A program made the translations under genes and the position numbers. From the IMG/VR virus record IMGVR_UViG_3300033149_002604, positions 1-64,000 of that record: 64,000 nt of DNA, one strand, 5' to 3'. The stretch comes from a virus. Shown here piece after piece: positions 1 to 9,482 of the stretch (position 1 is its first letter; each line of letters starts with the position of its first letter). The notes below the pieces were generated by a model. It ran no database searches and was not told the DNA's origin. It worked only from the letters and a program-made list of their open reading frames with translations.

Positions 1-212
1 GCTAGAGGGTAAGTGCCGAGTCGCATCTGCCACCTCTGCGACACCGTGTAAAGCCAGACCTCGGTCGGTTTGAGGCACTTTGTAAGGCGGATACCTCAAG
101 CTCAGGAAGAAGTATTTCCATCCGTCTTCCCACACCCTCCTTACATCAGGGTACAAGGACTCTTTTGTCCTGTATTCTGACGCTAGGGGGGTGAAGTGCG
201 TCTTCCTAAGCT
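1..212 (+). ncRNA. Structured GC-rich non-coding region, putative ncRNA (5' end may lie outside the window)
   Basis: Nested inverted repeats: GTCGCA/TGCGAC (20-42), TTGAGG/CCTCAA (70-99), AGGAAGA/TCTTCCT (104-207), CACCCTCCT/AGGGGGGTG and TCAGGGTACAAGGAC/GTCCTGTATTCTGA. Mismatches are G-U on the + strand. No ORF. Confidence 0.45.
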
Positions 213-297
213 AGAAAGAAGTATAAATATATTAACTTTAACAACTAAATAGATTAAATAATCTTACTTAATTTAACTAACTGAAGAAACACACGAT

Positions 298-615
298 ATG
301 GGAAAGAGAATCAGAATTAGACCAGAACAAGATATGAAACAAAATGTTAGGCAAAAAGCTAGAAACAGATGCTTTGTGTGTGAAAGTATTTCAAATCTAA
401 GACCTTACTATAGAAGTACCAAGTACGACAAAACTGGCAACTTGAAAGGTAAAATTTATCTTTGCCGCCAGTGTTTTTCTACTGTCTATTACTGGCTTAC
501 ACACACCAAAAGTAAAAGGTTAGATAGATGGAATGCTGTTGGCAGAATGCGTAAATATTGTAGAAAATATGGTAAAAGTAGAACGATTGGGCATATTTAT
601 CATATATGTAAGTAA
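298..615 (+). CDS. Basic Zn-finger (CxxC...CxxC) protein, possibly degenerate HNH-like
   Basis: RCFVCES and LCRQCF motifs. Confidence 0.45.
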   Translation: MGKRIRIRPEQDMKQNVRQKARNRCFVCESISNLRPYYRSTKYDKTGNLKGKIYLCRQCFSTVYYWLTHTKSKRLDRWNAVGRMRKYCRKYGKSRTIGHIYHICK

Positions 616-645
616 ATTTAAGAAGAAAAGGATGAATAAAATCAC

Positions 646-1533
646 ATGGCAAAGAAACTAAGAAGTCCTATCAGGTGGTTTGGTGGTAAGGGTAATCTAG
701 TCCCAAAACTACTAGAATATATCCCCCAGCACACATATTATTGTGAAGTATTTGGTGGTGGAGCATCCCTATTATTTGCTAAAAGACCTACACGATTTGA
801 AGTGTATAATGACGTTGACAGTGGACTAGTTACGCTTTTCAGGGTTTTAAGAAATTCTAAGAAATTCAAACTGTTTTACAAGAAAGTCTGTTTGACGCCA
901 TATTCAAGGGAAGAATATTACTATTGTAAGGAAACTTGGAAATGTTGTGAAGATGAAATAGAAAAGGCATACAGATTTTATGTTGTTACTAGAATGTCCT
1001 TCAGTGGTGATCTTCAGGGTGGTTGGAAGTACAATTTGAGCAACATGAGTAAGAACATGTCTGCAGCAGTTTCTAAGTGGTTATCCACCATAGAAATGCT
1101 TCCCAGAATTCACCAAAGAATCATGTCTGTTCAGGTTGAACACCTAGACTGGCAGACTTGTGTTGAAAAATACAATGAATGGGAAAAAGATGGATTCTTT
1201 TATTGTGACCCACCATACTTACTAGAAACTAGACGAGGGGGAAAATATGAATGTGAAATGACTTACGAAGACCATGAAAAACTTGTAGATTGGCTTTTGA
1301 CTAAATGTAAAGTAAATGTTATGTTATCCGGATATAACAACAAATTGTATGAAAAGTTAGAAACAAATGGATGGCAAAAGGTATGTTGGGATGTGGGTTG
1401 TCATGCAGTAGGGAAAACCCGTCAAACAGGTATTTTAGGTACTGGATCTACTTATACAAAAAATCAAAGAAGAAAAGAATGTATCTGGATGAATTATCAT
1501 ATTCCACAGCATCTGTTTGAATTGGAAGGATGA
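646..1533 (+). CDS. dam: DNA adenine methyltransferase (Dam/D12 class)
   Basis: PIRWFGGKGNL, YCEVFGGGAS (motif I), YNDVD, catalytic DPPY. Confidence 0.9.
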   Translation: MAKKLRSPIRWFGGKGNLVPKLLEYIPQHTYYCEVFGGGASLLFAKRPTRFEVYNDVDSGLVTLFRVLRNSKKFKLFYKKVCLTPYSREEYYYCKETWKCCEDEIEKAYRFYVVTRMSFSGDLQGGWKYNLSNMSKNMSAAVSKWLSTIEMLPRIHQRIMSVQVEHLDWQTCVEKYNEWEKDGFFYCDPPYLLETRRGGKYECEMTYEDHEKLVDWLLTKCKVNVMLSGYNNKLYEKLETNGWQKVCWDVGCHAVGKTRQTGILGTGSTYTKNQRRKECIWMNYHIPQHLFELEG

Positions 1534-1539
1534 AAGACT

Positions 1540-1722
1540 ATGAAAAGACGAAGAAAATACAACATGAAATTTGACAGAACTGCCAGACTTGAATATGTCA
1601 ATAGTTATTTCACCCATGAATTAATTGAAGAATTGACAAAAAAATTCCTTGACAATGGCGGAAAGGTGATTAAATTATCACCAGACCCACGATTGAAAAG
1701 ATATAGAAAGGGGAAAGAATGA
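1540..1722 (+). CDS. Hypothetical protein
   Basis: ORF in tightly packed + strand operon; ATGA overlap with next gene. Confidence 0.55.
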   Translation: MKRRRKYNMKFDRTARLEYVNSYFTHELIEELTKKFLDNGGKVIKLSPDPRLKRYRKGKE

Positions 1723-2150
1723 TGGGATTTTTAGAGTTTTGTAGGGAAGAGATTGAAAGAGCTGGGTTGTTTTCAAAAGATGAAGATTTTTATGGTGGAA
1801 TGACAGGAAAGGCATTGATGGAACTATGTGAAGTGTTTTCAAATCAAGGTCATTCAGGAATGTCTGCTGGTTTGGTTGCCAGTCTGTTTAAACGGCTAAC
1901 TGAATGGAAACCAATAAGTCCACTTACTGGTGACGAAGATGAATGGGTGGAAATAACTGATAACCTTTATCAGAATAAAAGGTGTCCTTCAGTCTTCAAA
2001 GACAGGAAGACAGGCAAGGCTTACCAAGATGATTATTATATTTTTGTTGACAAAGATGGTATCTCATATACAAGCAAGGATTCCAGAAAATATATAGAAT
2101 TTCCTTACGTTCCAAAGAACGAATTTGTGTATAAGGAAAGTAATAACTAA
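1719..2150 (+). CDS. Hypothetical phage protein
   Basis: Operon context; QGHSGMSA...PLTGDEDEW...QNKRC pattern typical of conserved phage hypotheticals. Confidence 0.7.
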   Translation: MMGFLEFCREEIERAGLFSKDEDFYGGMTGKALMELCEVFSNQGHSGMSAGLVASLFKRLTEWKPISPLTGDEDEWVEITDNLYQNKRCPSVFKDRKTGKAYQDDYYIFVDKDGISYTSKDSRKYIEFPYVPKNEFVYKESNN

Positions 2151-2165
2151 AAAGAGGAAAAAACA

Positions 2166-2507
2166 ATGAAATTTTTAGTTAAAAGAACGTCAGAGTATCG
2201 GAACAAAAGGAAACCTTGTGAAGAGGCGTGGAAAGAGCAGTGTGTATTTACTGAGGAGCGGGTATGTGATGATCCTAGCAAACTTTCACTTTGTCAGAAA
2301 GAATTATGGTATCAACAAGGAACAAATCATCGTGTTGAAGATGGACGCATCAAGAGGGATTTTATAGAAGATAGATGGTTTGTGTCCATAAATTCATTGG
2401 AAGACTTGCTATCTTTTTCAGACAAGTATGGCAAGATTATTCTATCCCGTTTTGTTGAAGATCCTAATATATGGGAAATAGAAATTTACGATGATTATAG
2501 GGAGTGA
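2166..2507 (+). CDS. Hypothetical phage protein
   Basis: RBS AGAGGA, operon context. Confidence 0.7.
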   Translation: MKFLVKRTSEYRNKRKPCEEAWKEQCVFTEERVCDDPSKLSLCQKELWYQQGTNHRVEDGRIKRDFIEDRWFVSINSLEDLLSFSDKYGKIILSRFVEDPNIWEIEIYDDYRE

Positions 2508-2510
2508 CAG

Positions 2511-2699
2511 ATGGATAAAGGAATAAAGAAAGTATCTGATTTGGTAGCAGTTTTGGAAGATGTTGACCAAGAATGTGATATTTATGTTAGAATTCCTGAA
2601 CTAACTGAAGCAGACTTTCCAATTAGTAAAATTGTAAAAGAATATGATTTGATTAGGGATTCTTTGACTAGGGATAAGGTTGTTTTGATTTGTGAATGA
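2511..2699 (+). CDS. Hypothetical protein
   Basis: RBS GGGAG, operon context. Confidence 0.6.
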   Translation: MDKGIKKVSDLVAVLEDVDQECDIYVRIPELTEADFPISKIVKEYDLIRDSLTRDKVVLICE

Positions 2700-2717
2700 A
2701 TTAAATGGGGTGGACAG

Positions 2718-3020
2718 ATGACAGAATTTTGCATTTCAGGAGAGGAATTAAGGAAAGCTTTGAGGGAGATAGAAAAGGCTGAAAAGAATGGGTTTTACCA
2801 CTGTTTAGCAGTTTTCGAACTATCTTCAGTAGGTTATATGTTATCTGATTGTAGACTTACATTTAGTGATTTGTGGGAGAGGGCACATCCATCTGATCTA
2901 ACTTTAGATTGGGGGAGATGCCAAGGTATAACAAGAAGGTATAAGTTTAAAGATGGTAAATTAGTTCCAATCAAGAAGATGCAGAATAGAGAGGATGAAA
3001 ATGAAAAAGATTGTGATTAG
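2718..3020 (+). CDS. Hypothetical protein
   Basis: RBS GGGGTGG, operon context. Confidence 0.6.
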   Translation: MTEFCISGEELRKALREIEKAEKNGFYHCLAVFELSSVGYMLSDCRLTFSDLWERAHPSDLTLDWGRCQGITRRYKFKDGKLVPIKKMQNREDENEKDCD

Positions 3021-3357
3021 ACAATGTGTTGAGTGTCCATATCCTGTTCCACCTAAAGAAAAGCTGGGGGAAATAGTTATCTCAGATGATGTATTATATC
3101 CGTGGTGTAAGCATAGTAAACGTTATATTAAAACCGCTGCCGATATTCCAGATTGGTGTTTGTTAGAAGATGAGGTTGATTCAGGTAATTTATTGGTAAC
3201 TATAAAGAAGTATTTTGAAAATTGTCGATTTGATGACAGGTTACATTTAGGATTGGGGGATATACGACTGACAATCGGGATGCAGGAGGAGGTGCTGAAG
3301 ATAATAGCTAAAGCAACAGGACAGAAGTTTGATGGGATTAACTTAATGGAGGAGTGA
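2995..3357 (+). CDS. Hypothetical Cys-containing protein (start may be 3001)
   Basis: CxxCP motif, RBS GAGGA. Confidence 0.6.
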   Translation: MKMKKIVIRQCVECPYPVPPKEKLGEIVISDDVLYPWCKHSKRYIKTAADIPDWCLLEDEVDSGNLLVTIKKYFENCRFDDRLHLGLGDIRLTIGMQEEVLKIIAKATGQKFDGINLMEE

Positions 3358-3360
3358 GAG

Positions 3361-3609
3361 ATGCGAATAACAGTTTGTGATGTTTGTCAAACAAAGGAAG
3401 GGGTTGAAAAAGTTTGGCTTCCATACGACAGAAAGATGGATGCAGCAGGATCTATGGAAGATGTTGGGGAAACCTTTGATCTTTGTTGTAAGTGTTATCT
3501 TAGGGTTTTGAGATTTAGGGTGCTTCAAGAAGCAAGAACTGGTAGAATAGATAAATGGGCCTTCAACAAAAAATTGATAGAAGATATCAAGGGTAAAATT
3601 AGTAGATGA
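3361..3609 (+). CDS. Small Zn-ribbon protein
   Basis: CDVC...DLCCKC, RBS GGAGG. Confidence 0.65.
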   Translation: MRITVCDVCQTKEGVEKVWLPYDRKMDAAGSMEDVGETFDLCCKCYLRVLRFRVLQEARTGRIDKWAFNKKLIEDIKGKISR

Positions 3610-3724
3610 GAAGCTCTTAATAAGATAAGAAAAGAATAAGCGATATTATTTGCTAATTTTTACAAAGAGGACTACTTTATGGTCCAATTTGCAAAAACTA
3701 ACTTGATTGACAAGGAGGAAAAAC

Positions 3725-3970
3725 ATGATGACATTAATTTTCTTTTTATTGGGTATCCTCACAGGTCTGATTCTTGCTTTCATCATTGGTCAGTTTGCCT
3801 TAAAGAAGGGTCATAGGGAGTGGGAGGATAAGCTCGTTGGGTTTTGGGAGAAAAGAAGTGAAGTTGATGACCGAATGATTGAGCTCTGGAAAGAGAAAAA
3901 TGAACAAGAACAGCAAATGGTTGAAGCCCTTTGGGAAGTACGAAAGGCAATTATTGATCTTAGAAGATAA
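3725..3970 (+). CDS. Small membrane-anchored coiled-coil protein
   Basis: AGGAGG RBS before ATG 3725; N-terminal hydrophobic helix. Confidence 0.65.
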   Translation: MMTLIFFLLGILTGLILAFIIGQFALKKGHREWEDKLVGFWEKRSEVDDRMIELWKEKNEQEQQMVEALWEVRKAIIDLRR

Positions 3971-3988
3971 TAAGGAGGGAGAAATAAA

Positions 3989-4312
3989 ATGGAAGAAGAA
4001 CTTGGAAAAACGTTTGTTGAATTGGTTGAATTTATCCAACAAGTAGGACCAGATGTTTGGGCTGTTATGGTGAAACAACAGATTATATCAGGAATTTCTA
4101 CTATTGTTTTATGGATACTTGCCTGTGTTGGTTTTGTTGGAAGTTATAAACTTCAAAAAAGGACTAATGATGAAACGGAGTTGATTGCGGGAATAACTGG
4201 TTGTGTACTATGTGGATTTGGGATTTTTGTTTTAACAGTAGTAGTATTTGCCGATGCACTTCCCAAGTTACTTAACCCCCAGTATTATGCATTAATGGCC
4301 TTAAAACCATAG
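3989..4312 (+). CDS. Two-TM membrane protein
   Basis: RBS AGGAGG; two hydrophobic segments; LLNPQYYAL C-terminus. Confidence 0.7.
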   Translation: MEEELGKTFVELVEFIQQVGPDVWAVMVKQQIISGISTIVLWILACVGFVGSYKLQKRTNDETELIAGITGCVLCGFGIFVLTVVVFADALPKLLNPQYYALMALKP

Positions 4313-4326
4313 GAAGGTGATAAACA

Positions 4327-4479
4327 ATGGCTACACAAACGACTAAAATTCTTCCATGTTCCTGCCAGCATGATTTCCAGGATAAAAGGTATGGAAAAGG
4401 AATGCGATTAATGAACCTTACCATAAAACGTAATCCGACTGTGTGGCGATGTACGGTTTGTGGTAAGGAACGAAGTTAA
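4327..4479 (+). CDS. 50-aa Zn-ribbon protein (below ORF-track cut-off)
   Basis: Hand translation MATQTTKILPCSCQHDFQDKRYGKGMRLMN...WRCTVCGKERS*, RBS GAAGGTG. Confidence 0.7.
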   Translation: MATQTTKILPCSCQHDFQDKRYGKGMRLMNLTIKRNPTVWRCTVCGKERS

Positions 4480-4492
4480 AAGGAGAACTATT

Positions 4493-5023
4493 ATGTCTGA
4501 TGATCTGAAATTGAAGCGAAACGAGGTGAATTATATAAGACCACCAGTAAGAAGATTTGTGATGGAGATGGAGAAAATTCTACAAGAATATGATGCAATC
4601 AAAGGGTCTGATGGTTGGCGGAATGAAAGTATTGAATGGCTCTTTGAAAGACTTGTTCAGGAAGTGTTTGAATTATATGGAACAATTTTCGTGGAATCTC
4701 GATTCATACCAACAGCCGCCAAAAAAGAATGCTGCGATGTAGCTAATTTTGCTATGATGATTTTTGATCGTTTGGAAGATTATACAAGAAAAAAGAAAGA
4801 AAATAAGGAAGAGGTAGAAAAAATGCTTTGTCCTATATGTCGTTCAAGAGATATTTTTAAGCAGTGGCATCTTACCTGCCATCCTACCGCAGAAGGTCCA
4901 TACTGTAGCTTTGGTGACTATGATAAAATGGATGAGGAACATCTACATTATTATTGTAGGGATTGTGGGTTTGATTGGTCAGTAAAAATAGAACGGACAA
5001 AAGGGAAGGAAGATGACGATTGA
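4493..5023 (+). CDS. MazG-like/all-alpha NTP pyrophosphohydrolase-like domain plus C-terminal Zn ribbon
   Basis: LFERLVQEVFEL...KECCDVANFAMMI; CPIC...CRDC; RBS AGGAGA before ATG 4493. Confidence 0.5.
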   Translation: MSDDLKLKRNEVNYIRPPVRRFVMEMEKILQEYDAIKGSDGWRNESIEWLFERLVQEVFELYGTIFVESRFIPTAAKKECCDVANFAMMIFDRLEDYTRKKKENKEEVEKMLCPICRSRDIFKQWHLTCHPTAEGPYCSFGDYDKMDEEHLHYYCRDCGFDWSVKIERTKGKEDDD

Positions 5024-5252
5024 ACAATTTGTTCAGGTTTGGATTTGTGTATTTGGTGGAATTGCCATCTGGTTGGTCGGTAGGAAAGAAAGAGAATGGA
5101 GACGTTGGGGATATGTGGTTGGTTTCATTTCACAACCAGCTTGGTTTTATACAACAATTAAACACCACCAGTGGGGAATATTTTTGGTAGCAGTGTGGTA
5201 TACATATTCATGGTTACAGGGAATAGTTAATCATTGGGAAACAGAAGAATAG
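5013..5252 (+). CDS. Small Trp-rich membrane protein
   Basis: Three hydrophobic segments; WGYVVGFISQPAW; paralogue at 6513-6749. Confidence 0.7.
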   Translation: MTIEQFVQVWICVFGGIAIWLVGRKEREWRRWGYVVGFISQPAWFYTTIKHHQWGIFLVAVWYTYSWLQGIVNHWETEE

Positions 5253-5482
5253 AGGTATGGGTTCTTATGTTAGTAATAGACATTTCAGTAAATAGAATTG
5301 AAAAAGTTGATACCATTCTTATCCATAGGATTGAAACCAATGACAATGGTATTAATGTTTACAGAATTGAACGTCCTACAGGATTTGAGGATAGATTAAT
5401 AAAACATAGGTATTCAGATGGAGCATTAGAATTACTACATAAAGCACTTCATGTTATACTAGAGGAGAATTATGAAGAATGA
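5234..5482 (+). CDS. Hypothetical protein
   Basis: Operon context; start uncertain. Confidence 0.55.
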   Translation: MGNRRIEVWVLMLVIDISVNRIEKVDTILIHRIETNDNGINVYRIERPTGFEDRLIKHRYSDGALELLHKALHVILEENYEE

Positions 5483-5972
5483 GATTTGTAATGCTATGAC
5501 GGAAGAAGAGATGAGAGAAGCAGAAGTTCCATATTTTACCTCTGTAGGAAAATTAATGGATTATATTGAATCTCTAGTAAATAGGACACATACCTATGAC
5601 ACGTGTGTGTATGCTATGAGTATGGCAGCAGTGGCAGCATTTAATTATGTAGCTTCTAAACTCGGAACAACAGTATTCCAAGGAAGTTGTGCAGATTTAG
5701 ACATACTACGTAGGACTAGAAGGATGAAACATGGATTTAGGATTATAGACTATGAGAAATTACTATACCCCCAATATCTTAATAAAGATGAATTTCCTTC
5801 CTTCCAAGATTTGATTAGTAAAAATATTGACTGGTTGGCAGATGCAGCAAAGGAATTACTAAAGGAAACTTCTGAAACAAATTCATTTGTTCATCCAGAT
5901 GTCTGTAACTGGTGGAAAGAGTTAGTAGAAAAGAAGAGAATAAAAGAGGAAAACAATGTCACGATCAGATAA
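5472..5972 (+). CDS. Hypothetical phage protein
   Basis: RBS GAGGAG, operon context. Confidence 0.7.
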   Translation: MKNEICNAMTEEEMREAEVPYFTSVGKLMDYIESLVNRTHTYDTCVYAMSMAAVAAFNYVASKLGTTVFQGSCADLDILRRTRRMKHGFRIIDYEKLLYPQYLNKDEFPSFQDLISKNIDWLADAAKELLKETSETNSFVHPDVCNWWKELVEKKRIKEENNVTIR

Positions 5973-6303
5973 TTTTATTGGGTTGAACGAAAAGGCAAAT
6001 GATTTCTTGTGGAAAAATGGGAAGATTGGTAAGCTGAAATTGTATGATGATAGTGGTAATTTGATTTCAGAAGAAGATAAACTTCTTTATACTGAATCTG
6101 ATAAATATACTTGGCTTTCCATGTTTGGTGGGGAGTACCCACTAAGGGTGTTTGAATTGAAGGATGGTACTAAAGTATATGAAAAGGTCCAGCTTGATCC
6201 TTGGTCAAGTGGTCCTTGCATTTTTACGGCTTTAGTAGATGAAGATGATAACTGGATTGAAGAAACGTTGTGGGATGAAGATAAAGTGTTGAAGGAATTG
6301 TAA
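5956..6303 (+). CDS. Hypothetical phage protein
   Basis: RBS AGAGGA, operon context. Confidence 0.7.
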   Translation: MSRSDNFIGLNEKANDFLWKNGKIGKLKLYDDSGNLISEEDKLLYTESDKYTWLSMFGGEYPLRVFELKDGTKVYEKVQLDPWSSGPCIFTALVDEDDNWIEETLWDEDKVLKEL

Positions 6304-6326
6304 ATAGGTTTAATTAGGAAAGAATA

Positions 6327-6512
6327 ATGGAATTGTGGTTTAATCTATTTGAAATAGTAATTGGCACATCTTATTTTTATTTAGGTGTTTGTGTATTTGA
6401 ATGGAACGATTCAGATATAGCACTTTTGTATTTAGAATATTGTGATGGGGGGTTTGATTGGGATTTCTTCGGGATTAATTATTTGATTAGAAAGATAAAA
6501 GGAAAAGGTTGA
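6327..6512 (+). CDS. Hypothetical protein
   Basis: Operon context. Confidence 0.5.
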   Translation: MELWFNLFEIVIGTSYFYLGVCVFEWNDSDIALLYLEYCDGGFDWDFFGINYLIRKIKGKG

Positions 6513-6749
6513 ATGTTAGATACTATTTGTCAAATATGGATCTGTGTATTTGGTGGAATTACTATTTGGTTGGTTGGGTAGAAGAATGTTGGAAGGAGAA
6601 AATGGGGCTACATCTTTGGATTGCTCTCCCAACCAGCCTGGTTAATTACAACTTTACTTAATAAACAATGGGGAATCTTTGTAATTGCTTTATGGTACAC
6701 TTATTCTTGGCTACAGGGAGTTTATAATCATTCTTTATCTAGGAGATAG
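6513..6749 (+). pseudogene. Paralogue of the 5013-5252 membrane protein with an in-frame TAG at 6579-6581
   Basis: Reads MLDTICQIWICVFGGITIWLVG*KNVGRRKWGYIFGLLSQPAW...WYTYSWLQG, colinear with 5013-5252. Confidence 0.75.
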
Positions 6750-6760
6750 GAGGGGGTTAA

Positions 6761-6946
6761 ATGAAAGAATGTAATGAATGTGTAAGGGTTTGTCATCCAA
6801 GTAAGGAGATGTTGATGAGTAATGAATCGTGTCCCAATTACCAAAGGGATCATTTCTTCTTTGATTTCGTTGACCATATTTCTAAAATAACCATTTCTGA
6901 TCCTGATAATGAGATAGTATCCTATTTTTTGAAATATGCTAGGTAA
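6761..6946 (+). CDS. Small Cys-rich hypothetical protein
   Basis: RBS GGAGGGG; CxxCxxxC. Confidence 0.55.
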   Translation: MKECNECVRVCHPSKEMLMSNESCPNYQRDHFFFDFVDHISKITISDPDNEIVSYFLKYAR

Positions 6947-9353
6947 TGCTATGTTAAAATGTACACGCTGTCCTGCCTATAAGAATCCCCACAATATCAA
7001 TTGTGTTCCAGTCTTTGGTAATCTTGATTCACCAGTCTTGTTTGTAGGTGAAATGTTCGGGAAAACCGAATGTGAAGTAGGGGAACCATTTGTGGGAAGG
7101 GCTGGAAAACGTTTTAATAAGTTATTGAAATTAATAGGTTTTACTAGATATGATGTTGCTATCTGCAATTCACTTCGTTGTTATATAGAAGGTAACACTA
7201 CCCCACCAAAGAAGTACCTTGATCCATGTTTTATCCATCTTCAAAATGATGTGGAAAAGATTAAGCCTAAGCTAGTAGTAGCAATGGGTGCTATCGCTTT
7301 TTATCAGACTACTGGTCTGCCACGGGATCTTTTTTCCCAGCATATTGGTAAAGTTGTGTGGTCAGATCGGCTTAAATGTTCTGTTCTTGTTACATATCAC
7401 CCAGCAGCATCTTTATATGATTCCAAGAAATGGGATATGTTGATAGAACAGTTCAGACAGATTCCATCACTTATTGGGGGAGAAGGTGCTGGTATAAAAC
7501 ATTACGATTATATTTATATTGAATCACCAGAACAGTTTGAAAAGCCTTTCAAGTGGCTAGCTGCATCTGATGAAATCTATTTAGATATTGAAACTACAGG
7601 ATTATTTCCATATAGTGGTGAAATTTCCCTGCTACAATTATCAGCAGGACATGAACCGATTTATGTTATAGATGGAGGTGTTATTGAAAAAATTGTTCCA
7701 TCCCTTAGATACCTGTTTGTTGATCGTGGTATAGGGGTTGTTGGCCAGGGGTTTGAATTCGATGCTAAATGGTTATCTGTAAAATATGGAATATTCCCTG
7801 TCAATTGGAAATTTGATACCTGCCTTGCTGAATATATCATTTCTGGGCTAAAGCACAATGATCTTACCTATCTAGTTTCAAAATATGTTCCAGAATCAAT
7901 GGGTTATGATAAAGAAATAAAGCTGATGGGTGGGGCACACAAGGTAATGGACAGGGGTAAACTTTTGCAATATGCAGCAGATGATGTTGGGGTGTTACAC
8001 AAGATAAAAAAGAAGCAGGTAAAACTATTAAAGAAACAAAATCAGGAATTTTTGTTTTATGAAATAACCATGCCATGTAACAAGGTTTTAACACAGATGG
8101 CACTTCGTGGTATTAAATATGATATTGATGCTTTATTGAAGCTGGATAGGAAATATGAAAAGAAGGCTAATCGTGCGTTGAAGCAGGCTATGGAATTAAA
8201 AGGTGTGAAAGAATGTGAAAAGAAGTTTAGAACAAAATTTAATCCAAGATCTACACCACAGCTAAAATGGTTATTATTCGACTATTATAAACTGCCTGTA
8301 ATCAAGACTACAAAGAAAGGGAACCCATCCACTGGACAGCAGGTGTTAAAAGAATATGCAGAAAAGTATCATAATGAATATTGCGTTTTGATGGAAAAGT
8401 ATCGGGCTTATGATGCACTGCGTAACAATCAATTGTCTGGTGTTATTCCAAAATTAGTCAACGGTCGGGCACATACTACATATTCACTTCATGCTACTAC
8501 AACAGGGCGTTCTGCTTCCTATGATCCTAATCTGTTGAATTTACATCCAGAAGTTAAAAAATGTGTTGTTGCTGCTAAACCATTAGATGAACATAAAGCA
8601 TATAAGGATCAAGAACTAGATGATGGGGAAGATTGGTGGTTCGTGAAAGGGGATATGTCCCAGTTGGAAGTACGGGTGATGTCGGTTATTTATAATGATC
8701 CGAAGTTGATAGCTTTTTGTAATAAAGAAGGGGAAGATTTTCATTCGTTGGTTGCTAGTAGGATCTATGATGAAGACTACCACGAATTTGCAGCCAAGGT
8801 ACAGGATGGGGACAAGGAATATAAAGAGAAAAGACGAAGGGCCAAGGCAGTTACGTTCGGGGTTGTCTTTCAGGAAACAGAGAAAGGATTAGCGTTCAAT
8901 CTGGGAATATCAGAAAATGAAGCAAAAGACTTTATAGACAAATATTTTGAAGCGTTTCCAGATATGCGGGAAAACATTAAAAAAATCCAGGAATCTGTTA
9001 TTAAGACTGGATATGTGGATACGTTTTTTGGTTTAAGGCGTGTGTGGGAAGACCATTCAGCAGAAAACCACTATATGTTACGTGAGGCCGTCAACCACCC
9101 AGTACAAGGCACTGCTTGGTCATTGTGTCAGTTGTCAATGATAGGGATTGACAAAGAATTCATAGAGAAGAATATGAAGGCACGGTTGGTAATGCAGATT
9201 CATGATGAATTAATTGTGGTGTGTCCAAAAAGGGAAATTGAAAGGGTGAAAAAAATTATGAAGGAGGTGATGGAAAATATACATAAGGATTTCAATGGCT
9301 TAAATAGGGTGAAGTTGAAGGTGGATATAAATGTTGGAAAAAAATTGGGTTAG
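6936..9353 (+). CDS. polA: Family A DNA polymerase with N-terminal uracil-DNA-glycosylase (family 4-like) domain and 3'-5' exonuclease (start may be 6951)
   Basis: UDG: CTRC, LFVGE, GEPFVGRAG, TYHPAA. Exo: LDIETTGL, FDAKW, YAADDV. Pol: TTGRSAS, DMSQLEVR, RRRAKAVTFG, NHPVQG, QIHDEL. Confidence 0.93.
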   Translation: MLGNAMLKCTRCPAYKNPHNINCVPVFGNLDSPVLFVGEMFGKTECEVGEPFVGRAGKRFNKLLKLIGFTRYDVAICNSLRCYIEGNTTPPKKYLDPCFIHLQNDVEKIKPKLVVAMGAIAFYQTTGLPRDLFSQHIGKVVWSDRLKCSVLVTYHPAASLYDSKKWDMLIEQFRQIPSLIGGEGAGIKHYDYIYIESPEQFEKPFKWLAASDEIYLDIETTGLFPYSGEISLLQLSAGHEPIYVIDGGVIEKIVPSLRYLFVDRGIGVVGQGFEFDAKWLSVKYGIFPVNWKFDTCLAEYIISGLKHNDLTYLVSKYVPESMGYDKEIKLMGGAHKVMDRGKLLQYAADDVGVLHKIKKKQVKLLKKQNQEFLFYEITMPCNKVLTQMALRGIKYDIDALLKLDRKYEKKANRALKQAMELKGVKECEKKFRTKFNPRSTPQLKWLLFDYYKLPVIKTTKKGNPSTGQQVLKEYAEKYHNEYCVLMEKYRAYDALRNNQLSGVIPKLVNGRAHTTYSLHATTTGRSASYDPNLLNLHPEVKKCVVAAKPLDEHKAYKDQELDDGEDWWFVKGDMSQLEVRVMSVIYNDPKLIAFCNKEGEDFHSLVASRIYDEDYHEFAAKVQDGDKEYKEKRRRAKAVTFGVVFQETEKGLAFNLGISENEAKDFIDKYFEAFPDMRENIKKIQESVIKTGYVDTFFGLRRVWEDHSAENHYMLREAVNHPVQGTAWSLCQLSMIGIDKEFIEKNMKARLVMQIHDELIVVCPKREIERVKKIMKEVMENIHKDFNGLNRVKLKVDINVGKKLG

Positions 9354-9357
9354 AGGG

Positions 9358-9385
9358 TTGACAAAGGATTTGGAATGTTTATTTT
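9358..9385 (+). promoter_or_regulatory. Possible sigma70-type promoter upstream of the first TIGR array
   Basis: TTGACA 9358-9363, 16-nt spacer, TATTTT 9380-9385. Confidence 0.4.
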
Positions 9386-9403
9386 GGTAGTAGAGATTTT
9401 GGG

Positions 9404-9476
9404 GAGCCACAAAAGTCAAGACACCCAAAAAGCTTAAGCGAGTCATAAAAGGCAAGACACCCAGACATATTAAGCG
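9404..9476 (+). repeat. TIGR-type dual-repeat array 1 (2 units)
   Basis: GAGCCA-N8-AAGACACCCA-N8-AAGCGAGTCA-N8-AAGACACCCA-N8-AAGCG, 36-nt period. Confidence 0.85.
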
Positions 9477-9482
9477 TTTTGA

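Noticed and set aside
6579-6581. Genome-wide TAG stop-codon reassignment
   Set aside because: Long genes are intact under the standard code, many end in TAG, and no suppressor tRNA is seen.
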